Positions 8,866 to 19,118 of a DNA stretch of 51,764 nt are shown here, one piece after another (the first letter of the stretch is position 1; each line of letters starts with the position of its first letter). Both the position numbers and the translations under genes were made by a program. The notes beneath the pieces are model-generated. The model was not told where the DNA came from, made no database searches, and was given only the letters and a program-made list of their open reading frames with translations. Origin of the DNA: Desulfobacteraceae bacterium (lineage in GTDB: Bacteria; Desulfobacterota; Desulfobacteria; Desulfobacterales; ETH-SRB1); NCBI GenBank assembly GCA_014237365.1, contig JABZFQ010000263.1:1-51764 (forward strand), read 5' to 3'.

Positions 8866-9056
8866 GAGACACGGCTGGAGGTTGACCCCGATATTATTGC
8901 TTTTGCTTTTCCTCAACGCCGGGCTTAATCCGACTGCGCAGGCCTCTTTGCGCGAATATGCCATCAAGGCTTCTTAAACTAGCCAGAATCGTCAACGTAG
9001 AACCCGAAGGCAGGAAAAAGTGATACAGCAAAAAATCATTAAAAAGAGGTATAAAG

Positions 9057-11132
9057 ATGTATCATGTTAAACATCCAGAGATCCAAAGATTGATTTCATG
9101 CTCCATTTTTCGCATCACTATGAGTACCGTGCTGGTTACAATTATGTTATTGTGCTCCATGGCCGGCAGCGCAAAAGCAGCAGCCATTGCGTCTACGGAT
9201 CTGACCGAGCTCAGTCTTGAGGAGTTGATGAATATCGAAATCACCTCGGTTTCCAAAAAGCCTGAGAGACTCGCTGATGCCGTGGCTGCTATCTTTGTTA
9301 TCAGTCAGGATGATATTCGTCGCTCCGGGGTGACAAGTATTCCGGAAGCGCTCCGCATGGTACCCGGCATTAATGTAGCGCGCATTGATTCAAACAAGTG
9401 GGCGATCACTTCCCGAGGTTTCAACGGCCGCTTTGCCAACAACCTTTTGGTGCTCATTGACGGCCGTATCGTCTACACCCCTTCCTGTTCAGGCGTTTAC
9501 TGGGAGGTGCAGGATACGCTCATGGAAGACGTGGATCGTATTGAGGTCATCCGGGGGCCAGGTGCCACCTTGTGGGGCGCTAACGCGGTCAACGGGGTCA
9601 TCAACATCATCACGAAATCTGTAGCAGACACCCAGGGTGGCCTGGTGGCCATAGGCACAGGCACTGAGGAGCTTGGCTTTGGCGGTGTTCGTTATGGAAC
9701 GGTCATGGGGGAAGCCACCTACGGGCGCTTTTATGCCAAGGGTTTCAAACGGGATGAGTTTGTCCATACCACTGGTGACGATGCAGGCGACGACTGGAAT
9801 ATGCTGCGCGGCGGATTCCGATTGGACTCACTGCTATACGGCCATGCCCCAGTGACCGTGCAGGGAGATATCTACCAGGGCAACATCAACCAGACATTGA
9901 ACCTGGCCACGTTGTCTGTGCCTTTCTCTCAGACATTCGAGGATAAGTCCGAGGTTTCCGGCTGGAACCTGCTGACACACTGGCAGCATACCCTCTCTCC
10001 GACCTCTGATTTTACCTTGCAGATCTACTACGACCGGACCGACCGGGACGATGCTGTCTATGGTGAGATCCGGGATACCTTTGATATTAACTTTCAACAC
10101 CAGTTTGCAGCCGGTGAGCGACACGACGTCATCTGGGGGCTTGGTTATCGCTATACCCATGACGACTTCAGCAATTCAGGCACCTTTAGTTTAGATCCGG
10201 ACAGCCGCAACGACGAGCTTTTCAGCGCCTTTTTGCAGGACAAAATCACGCTTATAAAAAACTGCCTGTGGCTGACCATAGGTTCGAAGTTTGAACACAA
10301 CGACTACACAGGATTCGAGATCCAGCCAAACGGTCGGCTGTTCTGGGCCCCCTATCCGAAGCATAAGCTATGGGCGGCTGTTTCGCGGGCAGTGCGAACA
10401 CCGGCCCGGTTCGAGCACGATGTAAGGGTTCTCAATCTCGTGTTACCACCCTTCAGCCCTAATAACCCCAACTCATTCCCAATAGCGTTGACCGTTATGG
10501 GCGATCCTGATTACGAATCAGAAGAACTGCTGGCCTATGAGCTGGGTTACCGGTTTGTACCGGCCAATGCCTTGTCGATAGACCTGGCTATCTTTTATAA
10601 CGATTATGATAATCTTCGCAGGTCTGAAATGGAAACACGAGTGTTCCAAGACATATACATGGAACAACCGCTACGGTTCGACAACGGGCTAAAGGGCAAG
10701 ACATACGGCCTTGAGCTGGCAGCGGTCTGGCAGGCCGCAGACTGGTGGCGGTGGGACATAGCCTACAGCTACCTCCGGATCGACATCGACACACGCTTTG
10801 AAAAGGACAATATACAAAATAGCGATGGCCCACAACACCAGGCATCCCTCCGTTCTGCCGTAAAACTCAGTAAAGACCTGGACCTTGATTTCTGGCTTCG
10901 TTATGTGGACGATGTCAAGGCGGTTATCGTCAAGTCACAGTCGCGGCTGGAAATTGACAGTTATTTCACGCTTGATATCCGCCTGGCCTGGCAGCTCAAC
11001 GATAATGTGGAGATTGCTCTGGTGGGACAAAACCTGCTGGACGACAAACATCCTGAATACGTGCATGAGAACTTCACTCTGCCCACAGAGGTCGAACGTG
11101 GTATGTATGGAAAGGTAACCTGGCAATTTTAA
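9057..11132 (+). CDS. TonB-dependent outer-membrane receptor
   Basis: Signal peptide. Plug-domain motifs (VISQDDIRRSG, IEVIRGPGATLWGANAVNGVINIITK). Long beta-barrel ending in the terminal aromatic TWQF. GAGG ribosome-binding site 7 nt upstream. Confidence 0.9.
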   Translation: MYHVKHPEIQRLISCSIFRITMSTVLVTIMLLCSMAGSAKAAAIASTDLTELSLEELMNIEITSVSKKPERLADAVAAIFVISQDDIRRSGVTSIPEALRMVPGINVARIDSNKWAITSRGFNGRFANNLLVLIDGRIVYTPSCSGVYWEVQDTLMEDVDRIEVIRGPGATLWGANAVNGVINIITKSVADTQGGLVAIGTGTEELGFGGVRYGTVMGEATYGRFYAKGFKRDEFVHTTGDDAGDDWNMLRGGFRLDSLLYGHAPVTVQGDIYQGNINQTLNLATLSVPFSQTFEDKSEVSGWNLLTHWQHTLSPTSDFTLQIYYDRTDRDDAVYGEIRDTFDINFQHQFAAGERHDVIWGLGYRYTHDDFSNSGTFSLDPDSRNDELFSAFLQDKITLIKNCLWLTIGSKFEHNDYTGFEIQPNGRLFWAPYPKHKLWAAVSRAVRTPARFEHDVRVLNLVLPPFSPNNPNSFPIALTVMGDPDYESEELLAYELGYRFVPANALSIDLAIFYNDYDNLRRSEMETRVFQDIYMEQPLRFDNGLKGKTYGLELAAVWQAADWWRWDIAYSYLRIDIDTRFEKDNIQNSDGPQHQASLRSAVKLSKDLDLDFWLRYVDDVKAVIVKSQSRLEIDSYFTLDIRLAWQLNDNVEIALVGQNLLDDKHPEYVHENFTLPTEVERGMYGKVTWQF

Positions 11133-11165
11133 CTCGTAGATTGCAGCATTGAAACAAAAGATTCT

Positions 11166-11714
11166 ATGACCAACAGATGTTTTGCAGCGCTTATCTTTAT
11201 TGCGATACTCGTCAGTGCGGCTACTCCTTTATCCGCCAGAGCGGAAGAACCGCTTTTGCACGAGTATCGAATCAAGGCGGCCTTTCTGTATAATTTTGCC
11301 AAGTTTATTCAATGGCCGGAATTGGTTTTCATTGATCCTGAACGTACTGTTTTCATTTGCATTCTTGGTAATGACCCGATCATGGGTGCTTTGCAAAGCC
11401 TTAGCGCCAAAACGGTTCAAGGACGGAGGATTGTTATAAGCCACAGCAAGAATCTCAGGTCAGTCAAGGGATGTCACATTCTATTCGTGACAAAATCGGA
11501 AAAAAGCAGGATCAAACATACTATAAGCAAATTCAAAGGCAGCCCTGTTTTAACTGTGAGTGACATGGATGATTTTGTGAAAGCAGGCGGCATGATCGGT
11601 ATGGTTCGAGTAGAAAACAAAATTCGATTTCAAATCAACCTTGTTTCAGCACAGGATTCCGGGCTGAAGATCAGCTCCCAACTTCTCAAATTGGCGCAAG
11701 ATGTGATTAAATAG
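11166..11714 (+). CDS. YfiR-family / DUF4154 periplasmic protein
   Basis: Signal peptide followed by YRIKAAFLYNFAKFIQWP, and a C-terminal RFQINLVSAQDSGLKISSQLLKLA pattern. Confidence 0.75.
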   Translation: MTNRCFAALIFIAILVSAATPLSARAEEPLLHEYRIKAAFLYNFAKFIQWPELVFIDPERTVFICILGNDPIMGALQSLSAKTVQGRRIVISHSKNLRSVKGCHILFVTKSEKSRIKHTISKFKGSPVLTVSDMDDFVKAGGMIGMVRVENKIRFQINLVSAQDSGLKISSQLLKLAQDVIK

Positions 11715-11778
11715 TGCCCGAACGAAAACTAGAAAATTTTTTCAAGTTCAAGGAAGGCACTAAATAGCCGGAGAGACC

Positions 11779-14652
11779 ATGCAACTATTCCAAAAAAGTT
11801 CCATCAAAGACAAGATAACATTGTTGATGGTTTTTACAAGCGTCGTTGTTTTGACGATTGCCACAATGTCTTTTATGCTCTTCCAGGTTGTCAGCATATC
11901 CAGGGCTTCTCTGCAAGAGCTTTCCACTTTGGCAAAAACCATTGGAATTAATAGCAGAGCGCCTCTTACCTTTAATGACCGCACATCGGCAATAGAAACG
12001 CTATCTGCCTTGAGCGCTGTGCCTGACGTAACTACAGCCACTATCTTTACTCCCGATGGAAGTCCGTTTGCCTGTTACAAAAGAGCCGGTAAGCAGGAAA
12101 AGCCTTTGTCTGAAAAGGATAACTCTATTGAAGCAAATTTTTCCAGAGTAAAAATAGAGGCAGATGAAGGTATGTTTGAGGAATTCCCTCTATTTGATAG
12201 CCACTTTGATGTATTTGAAGATATCCATTTGGACGGTGAAATAATTGGGGTGGTGTGGATTGAAAAAGATATGTCGTATATTTATAAGAGCCTTGAAGCT
12301 TATGCGATCATTGCTGTTTCAGCTCTTCTGTTTACGACCTTGATCGCTTCTTTGCTTTCCCTGAAACTTCAGCCGATCATTTCACGGCCCATCATTGGCC
12401 TGGCCAAGACCATGAAAAGTGTCTCCAGCGAAAAGAATTATTCTATCCGGGCGGTCAAGGAGACTGAGGACGAACTTGGCACCCTTATTGACGGATTTAA
12501 TGAAATGCTCAAACAAATTCAGTTTCGGGACAATGAGCTGGAAGAACACCGGGCAAATCTCAAAAATCAGGTAGCTCTTCGGACAAAGGAGCTTTCTATA
12601 GCCAACACCAAACTACAAGATACAGTCAAGGTACTTCAACAGGCCAAAGAAGCCGCAGAAGCGGCCAGCCGGGCCAAAAGCGAGTTTCTGGCCACCATGA
12701 GTCACGAAATACGCACACCCATGAACGGGATGCTGGGCATGACCGAGTTATTGCTCGGCACAAAGCTTTCCGGCAGGCAGCGCGGGTTCGCACAAACCAT
12801 CCAGCGTTCCGGTGACTCCTTGCTGAGGATCATTAATGATATTCTTGACTTTTCCAAGATTGAAGCCGGTAAGCTGATGATTGATACCCATAATTTCAAC
12901 CTGCGGGACATGATAGAGGAAACAGCGGCAATGCTGGCAGAACGGGCGCACATTAAGGGATTGGAACTGGCCACTGTACTGCCTGTTGACCTGCCGGTGG
13001 CGCTATCAGGTGACTCGTCTCGCCTGCGGCAGATACTCGTAAACCTGCTCGGCAATGCAATCAAGTTCACCGACAGAGGCGAGGTTGTGATACGTGTGGA
13101 AATGCTTGATCAGACCAAAGATAAGATTCGCTTGCGTTTCGAGGTTGCAGATACCGGTATTGGCATCACACCGGAGATCCAGGCACGGATTTTTGATGCC
13201 TTTTCCCAGGCAGATGGATCCACTACCCGCGAGTACGGCGGCACTGGCCTGGGTCTAGCCATCTCCCGCAGGCTGGTGAAGCTGATGGGTGGCAAGATGG
13301 GCGTTAAAAGTGAACCAGGCAGGGGTTCTGTCTTCTGGTTCACGATTAGCTTTAAACGCCGGATCGCAAAAAAACATAACGGCCTGCATCCAGTAGAAGA
13401 CCTTCGCGGAATGCGCATTTTGATCGTGGACGACAACGCGACCAACCGAGAGATCCTGAAAAACCAGGTGATTGCCTGGGGAATGCAGCACGGCATCGCT
13501 GAAAATGGCGCTCAGGCCATTGAGATGCTGCGCAATGCTGCTTTAAAGGGCGAGGCATACGATATAGCCCTGCTTGATTGGCACATGCCTGAGATGGGCG
13601 GTATTGAGCTTGCGCACAGGCTGCGTTCAGATTCGCACATTCCTGAAATGCATCTAATAATGCTCAGCTCCGCTGCTTTTGATAATGAAGAAGCAGCAAG
13701 AGCAACTGACGCTGGTGTCCATCGTTACCTGAACAAACCGGTATGTCAGTCCGAGCTCTATGATTGCCTGATAAATACTATGAGCACACCGGGCGCTGGC
13801 AATCTGCAAACAGACGATGCGCAAACAATGGAAGTCGGAGCTGTATTTGACGCACACATCCTGCTTGCCGAAGATAACCTGATGAACCAGGAAGTAGCAC
13901 TGAATATGTTGGAACTGATGGGCTGCCAGGTTAACCTAGTAGAAAACGGGCAGGAGGCAGTAGAGGCAGCCGCAAAAATCGTCTTTGATCTGATCTTGAT
14001 GGACTATCATATGCCGGTGATGAACGGATTGACAGCAACAGATAGAATCCGAAAGCAGGAACAGGCTGGCAGCAATAGCCAACGTGTTCCCATTATTGCG
14101 CTCACAGCAGATGTACAAAAAGGTATGCAGGAGCAGTGTCTGGCTGTGGGCATGGATGACTTTTTGAGCAAGCCTTTTACCCAGGATCAGCTACAGGCAG
14201 TATTATCGCTGTGGCTGGATCAGCATGAGGAATCACCTGATCCAAAGGAAATAGTCAGATCAATTGCACCGGATGAACAAAAAGAAACAGAACCATTGCT
14301 GGAACAGGAAACCCTGAACAGGATCCGTGCACTTCAGCGGCCTGGCAAGCCCAATGTTCTGGGCAAAATCATCAATTTTTACCTGGAAAACTCACCCGGG
14401 TTGATAAAGACCGTGCGCAAGTCTGTGGAACAAGGAGATGGCGCTGCCCTTTGCGAAGCAGCCCACAGCCTGAAGTCAAGCAGTGCCAACTTAGGCGCAG
14501 TCAGCATGGCAGACGTGTGCAAGAAACTGGAAGAAATGGGGCGAGAGGAACGTATAGACGCGGCAAAAGCGCTGATTGGCCGCATTGAATCAGAATATAA
14601 ATTGGCCAGTGCAACGTTGGCTGACGAGTTGGGGAGAATATCTGATGCGTAA
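11779..14652 (+). CDS. Hybrid sensor histidine kinase: N-terminal CHASE8-like sensor, HAMP, HisKA, HATPase, two REC domains, Hpt
   Basis: H-box [12 protein letters not shown] boxes ([22 protein letters not shown]). Two receiver segments (ILIVDDN..., ILLAEDN...DYHMP). C-terminal Hpt motif ([13 protein letters not shown]). Confidence 0.9.
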   Translation: MQLFQKSSIKDKITLLMVFTSVVVLTIATMSFMLFQVVSISRASLQELSTLAKTIGINSRAPLTFNDRTSAIETLSALSAVPDVTTATIFTPDGSPFACYKRAGKQEKPLSEKDNSIEANFSRVKIEADEGMFEEFPLFDSHFDVFEDIHLDGEIIGVVWIEKDMSYIYKSLEAYAIIAVSALLFTTLIASLLSLKLQPIISRPIIGLAKTMKSVSSEKNYSIRAVKETEDELGTLIDGFNEMLKQIQFRDNELEEHRANLKNQVALRTKELSIANTKLQDTVKVLQQAKEAAEAASRAKSEFLATMSHEIRTPMNGMLGMTELLLGTKLSGRQRGFAQTIQRSGDSLLRIINDILDFSKIEAGKLMIDTHNFNLRDMIEETAAMLAERAHIKGLELATVLPVDLPVALSGDSSRLRQILVNLLGNAIKFTDRGEVVIRVEMLDQTKDKIRLRFEVADTGIGITPEIQARIFDAFSQADGSTTREYGGTGLGLAISRRLVKLMGGKMGVKSEPGRGSVFWFTISFKRRIAKKHNGLHPVEDLRGMRILIVDDNATNREILKNQVIAWGMQHGIAENGAQAIEMLRNAALKGEAYDIALLDWHMPEMGGIELAHRLRSDSHIPEMHLIMLSSAAFDNEEAARATDAGVHRYLNKPVCQSELYDCLINTMSTPGAGNLQTDDAQTMEVGAVFDAHILLAEDNLMNQEVALNMLELMGCQVNLVENGQEAVEAAAKIVFDLILMDYHMPVMNGLTATDRIRKQEQAGSNSQRVPIIALTADVQKGMQEQCLAVGMDDFLSKPFTQDQLQAVLSLWLDQHEESPDPKEIVRSIAPDEQKETEPLLEQETLNRIRALQRPGKPNVLGKIINFYLENSPGLIKTVRKSVEQGDGAALCEAAHSLKSSSANLGAVSMADVCKKLEEMGREERIDAAKALIGRIESEYKLASATLADELGRISDA

Positions 14653-16798
14653 GTCCGATGATCAAAAAAAGCAGCCGGTTGTCCTGGTAGTGGACGATGA
14701 TATTGCCGTGCGCCTGTTGATCTGTGAGTCGCTGGAACAGGCAGGCATGATTGTTAAAGAGGCCGAAAACGGTCTTGAAGCCCTGTCTGTCTTTAAACGG
14801 GTGCGGCCTGACATAGTAATGATGGATGTGAAGATGCCCAAAATGGACGGATTTACTGCCTGCGAAAGATTGCGGCAACTACCTGGAGGAGACGAAGTAT
14901 CCATAGTTATGGTCACAGGCCTCGACGATGTAAAGTCCATCCAGCAAGCTTATGATGCGGGTGCCACGGACTTTATTACCAAGCCTGTCAACTGGTCTAT
15001 CCTGAATCATCGGGTCCGCTATCTGCTGCGAGCCAGAGAAGCCTTTCGGGATTTATGCCGGAGTGAAGATAGGCTGACTCAGGCGCAACGTGTTGCCAAT
15101 CTTGGAAACTGGGAGTGGAACATCGTGGACAACAAACTTGACTGGTCAGGCGAAATCTATAGCATCTTCGGTCTTGAACCACAGGCATTTGGCAGAACCT
15201 ACGAGGCTTTTCTCAGATTGGTGCATCCTGAGGATCGGGGATATATTGAAAATGCCGTTGACAGGGCTTTGCATGAAAACAAGCCATACAGTATCGACCA
15301 CCGAATTATCCTGCCGGATAAAACCGAGCGCACGGTTCATGAGCGGGCCCAGGTAATTTTTGATGAAACCGGCAAACCGGTCAAAATGCATGGTATAGTA
15401 CAGGATATAACTAAACATAAAAAAACCGAGGCAAAGATCCGGTTTCTTGCCTACTACGATGTCCTAACCGGCTTGCCCAACCGCCAGCTTTTTAAAGAAT
15501 ACTCCATTCGGGCGATCCGCATGGCACAACGTGATGGGACAAAGCTAGCTATAATATTCATGGATCTGGATCACTTCAAACGCATTAATGATACACTTGG
15601 ACACAATGCCGGCGATAAACTGTTAGAAAAGATTTCCGAAAATATGATGGTCGTCATTCGCGCCTCAGATATCGTTACCAGGATAGACAACGAAAGCCGG
15701 TCTAAGACATCGCTATCGCGTCTGGGCGGCGATGAATTTACAATCCTGCTCCCTGATTTAACCGAAATACAACAGGCTGCAACAGTAGCAAAGCGCATAA
15801 TAAAATGCTTGAGTCTGCCGGTGAAGGTTGCCGGTCGGGAATTGTATGTTACGGGCAGTATCGGAATTGCCGTCTACCCTGATGACGGCGAGGATATCGA
15901 CACACTCTTAAAAAATGCAGATACTGCTATGTATCATGCAAAGGATGCAGGCAGAAACAATTTTCAATTTTACGCGAAATATATGAACGAACTCACGCTG
16001 TCAAGGCTCAATATGGAGGCCGAGCTGAAGAAAGCGTTGGAGAGGAACGAATTCATACTCTATTATCAGCCGCAGGTGGAAGTCGCAACATCCACGATAG
16101 TTGGTGTGGAAGCGCTGATTCGCTGGGAACACCCTGAGAGTGGGATAGTATCCCCGGCAGAGTTTATTCCCATTGCGGAAGAAACCGGACTGATTATCCC
16201 TATCGGGGAATGGGTGTTGCAAACAGCCTGTCCGCAGATGGCAGTTTGGCATAAGGCTGGTTTCAATTCGCTGCGCATAGGAATCAATCTGTCCAGCAAC
16301 CAGTTCAGACAAGGGGATATTGTCAAGTCCATAAAAAATATTCTTGCTACTACGGGCTTAGATCCTCAGCATCTGGAGCTTGAGATTACAGAGAGTATCA
16401 TTATGCATGACGTGGAGGAAGCTATAGCCACGCTATGGAAACTGAAAGAAATGGGATTAAATCTGTCGATCGATGATTTTGGAACCGGCTATTCCTCAAT
16501 GAACTACTTGAAGCGATTTCCGCTGGATACCTTGAAAATAGATCAAAGTTTTATTAAAGATATCATGATGGATCCTAATGACCAAGCAATTACAAAGGCC
16601 ACCATCGGCCTGGCAAGGGGTCTGGGTCTGACAACGATTGCCGAAGGCGTAGAAACGGAAGAGCAGTTGACATTTCTGCGTAAACAAGGCTGTGACCAAA
16701 TTCAAGGCTATTTCTTTAGTAAACCAGTGCCGACCGAAAAAGTGGAGCAACTTTTTTTGCGTTCTGACATTGTAAAGGCAAAGCCAAAACATAACTAG
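14645..16798 (+). CDS. Response regulator with REC-PAS-GGDEF-EAL architecture (c-di-GMP turnover)
   Basis: Start chosen at ATG 14645 (MRKSDD..., GGGGA ribosome-binding site, 8-nt overlap with the kinase stop). VLVVDDD...DVKMPKMDG receiver, GGDEF ([10 protein letters not shown]), EAL (EALIRWEHP). Confidence 0.9.
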   Translation: MRKSDDQKKQPVVLVVDDDIAVRLLICESLEQAGMIVKEAENGLEALSVFKRVRPDIVMMDVKMPKMDGFTACERLRQLPGGDEVSIVMVTGLDDVKSIQQAYDAGATDFITKPVNWSILNHRVRYLLRAREAFRDLCRSEDRLTQAQRVANLGNWEWNIVDNKLDWSGEIYSIFGLEPQAFGRTYEAFLRLVHPEDRGYIENAVDRALHENKPYSIDHRIILPDKTERTVHERAQVIFDETGKPVKMHGIVQDITKHKKTEAKIRFLAYYDVLTGLPNRQLFKEYSIRAIRMAQRDGTKLAIIFMDLDHFKRINDTLGHNAGDKLLEKISENMMVVIRASDIVTRIDNESRSKTSLSRLGGDEFTILLPDLTEIQQAATVAKRIIKCLSLPVKVAGRELYVTGSIGIAVYPDDGEDIDTLLKNADTAMYHAKDAGRNNFQFYAKYMNELTLSRLNMEAELKKALERNEFILYYQPQVEVATSTIVGVEALIRWEHPESGIVSPAEFIPIAEETGLIIPIGEWVLQTACPQMAVWHKAGFNSLRIGINLSSNQFRQGDIVKSIKNILATTGLDPQHLELEITESIIMHDVEEAIATLWKLKEMGLNLSIDDFGTGYSSMNYLKRFPLDTLKIDQSFIKDIMMDPNDQAITKATIGLARGLGLTTIAEGVETEEQLTFLRKQGCDQIQGYFFSKPVPTEKVEQLFLRSDIVKAKPKHN

Positions 16799-16934
16799 CC
16801 GTTATGACATATTTTTCAAGCAGTGCTGAGACTTCCGGATGGGATTTCCTATCAGCTTATCTCCCTCCTTTCTATGCAAGCTTAAATCCCCGCAGACGGA
16901 GCGAATTGCTCACAAAAAGTTAGAAACAAATAAA

Positions 16935-16982
16935 TTTTGATAAATTTACAAAATTTTGATATTAACTTATTTAATGATATAA
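16935..16982 (+). repeat. Right copy of the ~47-bp direct repeat bracketing the GC-richer island
   Basis: See 8555-8601. It lies at the point where base composition returns to AT-rich. Confidence 0.8.
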
Positions 16983-16983
16983 A
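16956..16983 (+). promoter_or_regulatory. Sigma70-like promoter inside the right direct repeat, candidate pyrR promoter
   Basis: TTGATA, 16 nt, TATAAA. About 250 nt upstream of pyrR. Confidence 0.35.
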
Positions 16984-17057
16984 AAGGTATTAATAATTGG
17001 CATCCTTTACGACAAGTCAAAAGTAGTTTACACTTTGTTGATCTTGTATTTTGGCAG

Positions 17058-17131
17058 TGAAATTTGAAACTGGAAATTGGAAAAAATACTAAGATGTAGA
17101 TGCGTTACCTAATTTCAAATTTCCAGTTTCA
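17058..17131. repeat. GAAATTG/GAAACTG-type short-repeat hairpin element (second copy of the family)
   Basis: tgaaatttgaaactggaaattgg ... cctaatttcaaatttccagtttca. 13-bp perfect stem tgaaactggaaat/atttccagtttca. Confidence 0.7.
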
Positions 17132-17231
17132 ACATCGACATTCAATTCGATAATACACGCTTTTTTGAAAAAAGTGTAAACTGGTGAATGAAGAATGCCT
17201 AATAATCTATATGAATATTCTGGAGAGAACA

Positions 17232-17768
17232 ATGAGCGAATACGATACAATTCTGGATGCATCTGATATAGACCGTATACTTTCAAGAATCACTCATAAA
17301 ATTCTTGAAATACACAAGGGCACTGAGAACCTTACACTTATAGGCATTCATACACGGGGAGTTTATATCGCGAAACATATCCAGTCCATGATTAATGAAA
17401 TTGAAGGAATTGAAATACCGACAGGCAATATTGATATAACTTTGTACCGTGATGACTGGACAAGAATCAGCCACCACCCCATCGTCCAGGCAACAGATAT
17501 ATCCTTTCCTATTGATGGGAAACAAATTATTTTAATAGATGATGTTCTTTTTACAGGTCGAACAATAAGAGCTGCCATGGATGCTATTATTGATTTTGGC
17601 AGGCCTGATCGCATTGAACTTGCGGTGCTTGTTGATAGAGGCCACAGAGAACTTCCAATTCAGGCCAACTATGTTGGAAAATTTATTGAAACAAGGCGCT
17701 CAGAAAGTGTAAATGTTTTGCTCACCGAACATGATGGACAAGACAGGGTTGTCATAGAAAAGCATTGA
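17232..17768 (+). CDS. pyrR: Bifunctional pyrimidine regulatory protein / uracil phosphoribosyltransferase PyrR
   Basis: Start at ATG 17232 (MSEYDTILDASDIDRIL) after GGAGAG. PRPP-binding motif ILIDDVLFTGRTIRAA. DRGHRELPIQANYVGK. Confidence 0.9.
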   Translation: MSEYDTILDASDIDRILSRITHKILEIHKGTENLTLIGIHTRGVYIAKHIQSMINEIEGIEIPTGNIDITLYRDDWTRISHHPIVQATDISFPIDGKQIILIDDVLFTGRTIRAAMDAIIDFGRPDRIELAVLVDRGHRELPIQANYVGKFIETRRSESVNVLLTEHDGQDRVVIEKH

Positions 17769-17785
17769 TATAGACTTTCAGATAA

Positions 17786-17969
17786 GGAACGGAGACGAAA
17801 TAACTTCCCCAACTATGCATCATCATAGCTTCAGGCCACTTTTGCCCGATCTCAAATCACAAAAATATCAAAATAGATAGGCTATTCCATCAACTTTTGT
17901 AATTTGAGATCGAACAAATTTGACCCAAATCTATGCGCCTAATTGGGGAAGTTATTTCGTCCCCGTTCC
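17786..17969 (-). mobile_element. MITE-A copy 4, full length (184 bp), flanked by TAA/TAA
   Basis: Both 27-bp terminal repeats are present. TAA at 17783-17785 and 17970-17972. Reverse orientation relative to copy 2. Confidence 0.9.
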
Positions 17970-18042
17970 TAATTCATTTCACTGCGTTATCAGTCAAAAT
18001 CCTTGTAAAATGAATTATCTGAAAATCTACAGGAAGAGAAAC

Positions 18043-18546
18043 ATGAGCATAATAGAACATAAAAAAAACGCTCCCGGGAAAATCAAACTTGGAATTATAT
18101 CTGTTTCAAGCACTAGATCATTAAAAGATGATAAAAGCGGATTATGGATAAACAATAGAGCCTTAAAAGAAGGGCACAAAGTTGTATTTCATCACATTAT
18201 ACAAGATGAAATACAAGCCATAACCGTGATAATACTTGACGTTATATGCAGTCATGAACCTCAGCTTATATTAATGACAGGGGGAACTGGTATAAGCAGC
18301 AAAGATGTAACTATTGAAGCGGTGATTCCATTATTTGAAAAGGAGCTAACAGCATTCGGGCCACTTTTTGCTCAGCTCAGCTTTGAAAAAATTGATTCCG
18401 CTGCTCTTTTATCACGGGCGACTGCAGGCATAATAAACAAAACAATACTATTTTGTCTGCCTGGCAGCCTTAAAGCATGCAAGCTCGCATGCAAGCATCT
18501 TATCTTTCCTGAATTGGGACATCTTGTTAAGCATGTTCAGGAATAA
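18043..18546 (+). CDS. moaB: Molybdenum cofactor biosynthesis protein B (MoaB/MogA family)
   Basis: Start at ATG 18043 (MSIIEHKK) after AGGAAGAGA. MTGGTGIS motif. The longer tracked ORF (17920) begins inside the MITE. Confidence 0.85.
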   Translation: MSIIEHKKNAPGKIKLGIISVSSTRSLKDDKSGLWINNRALKEGHKVVFHHIIQDEIQAITVIILDVICSHEPQLILMTGGTGISSKDVTIEAVIPLFEKELTAFGPLFAQLSFEKIDSAALLSRATAGIINKTILFCLPGSLKACKLACKHLIFPELGHLVKHVQE

Positions 18547-18717
18547 TTCAAGCGTGAACCCCATATTCTGAAGCCAATTCAAACATTGTTTTCTGACCCT
18601 TTATTGCATCAAGGGCAATTCTCGCCTTCAATTACTTGCTATGTTTTTTTCGGCCAATTCTGTTCCTCCTTTTTCTTGAAAACACACCTTAACACACTGT
18701 CTCATTTTTGGGGTCCA
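18547..18717 (-). mobile_element. IS3-family left-end remnant: terminal TGGACCCC... plus a degraded OrfA N-terminus
   Basis: The minus strand reads TGGACCCCAAAAATGAGACAG..., then AAGGAGG, then a broken frame translating KARIALDAIKGQKTMFELASEYGVH. This is a Transposase_8-type HTH. It is truncated against the moaB stop. Confidence 0.5.
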
Positions 18718-18722
18718 CTATA

Positions 18723-18810
18723 CTATTCCATCCACTTTTGTGATCTGAGATCAAATAAATTCGACCCAAATCTGTGCACCTACTTGGGGAAGTTAATTCG
18801 TCCACGTTCC
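18723..18810 (-). mobile_element. MITE-A copy 5, half copy abutting the IS3 remnant
   Basis: ctattccatccacttttgtgatctgagatc...ggggaagttaattcgtccacgttcc followed by TTA. Confidence 0.8.
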
Positions 18811-19118
18811 TTATATTGAAAACTCAACAAAAACCCAGATTAATATTGACTTAATGGAGTACACTAAGATACAAAAATTAAATTAGCGCACCTTTGGGAT
18901 ATAAAAAAGCCTTGTAAAGTTAAGGAATTCTGCCCATTGTATAAGTTCCTTAACTTTAGGCACTTTCAGCCTATCAAGCCGTCTATCCTATGCTACTGAA
19001 TTCCTTAGACATAACATGAAAATTTCTATGCTATAAATTTATATATTATTAAACCATACTTTCCTTTTTTTGATATACAAAAAAATTCTGAAAAGCCGGG
19101 AAGGAAAATTCATAGATA

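Noticed and set aside
12702-13558. Several 70-130-aa antisense ORFs within the histidine kinase gene, and similar ones in the receptor and GGDEF-EAL genes
   Set aside because: These are typical long antisense open frames of GC-richer coding DNA. They show Arg/Pro/Ser-rich composition and no motifs, and they lie fully inside well-supported genes.
14576-14644. 23-aa N-terminal extension of the REC-PAS-GGDEF-EAL gene overlapping the kinase gene
   Set aside because: It overlaps the Hpt-coding end of the kinase in another frame. ATG 14645 with a GGGGA ribosome-binding site gives the canonical receiver-domain start.
17217-17230. PyrR-binding loop / attenuator upstream of pyrR (ATTCTGGAGAGAAC)
   Set aside because: It only loosely resembles the ARUCCAGAGAGGYU consensus and coincides with the ribosome-binding site. 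No convincing terminator/antiterminator pair was seen.
17920-18042. N-terminal 41-aa extension of moaB given by the ORF track
   Set aside because: The extension starts inside MITE-A copy 4 and has no ribosome-binding site. ATG 18043 has a purine-rich ribosome-binding site and gives a normal MoaB length.
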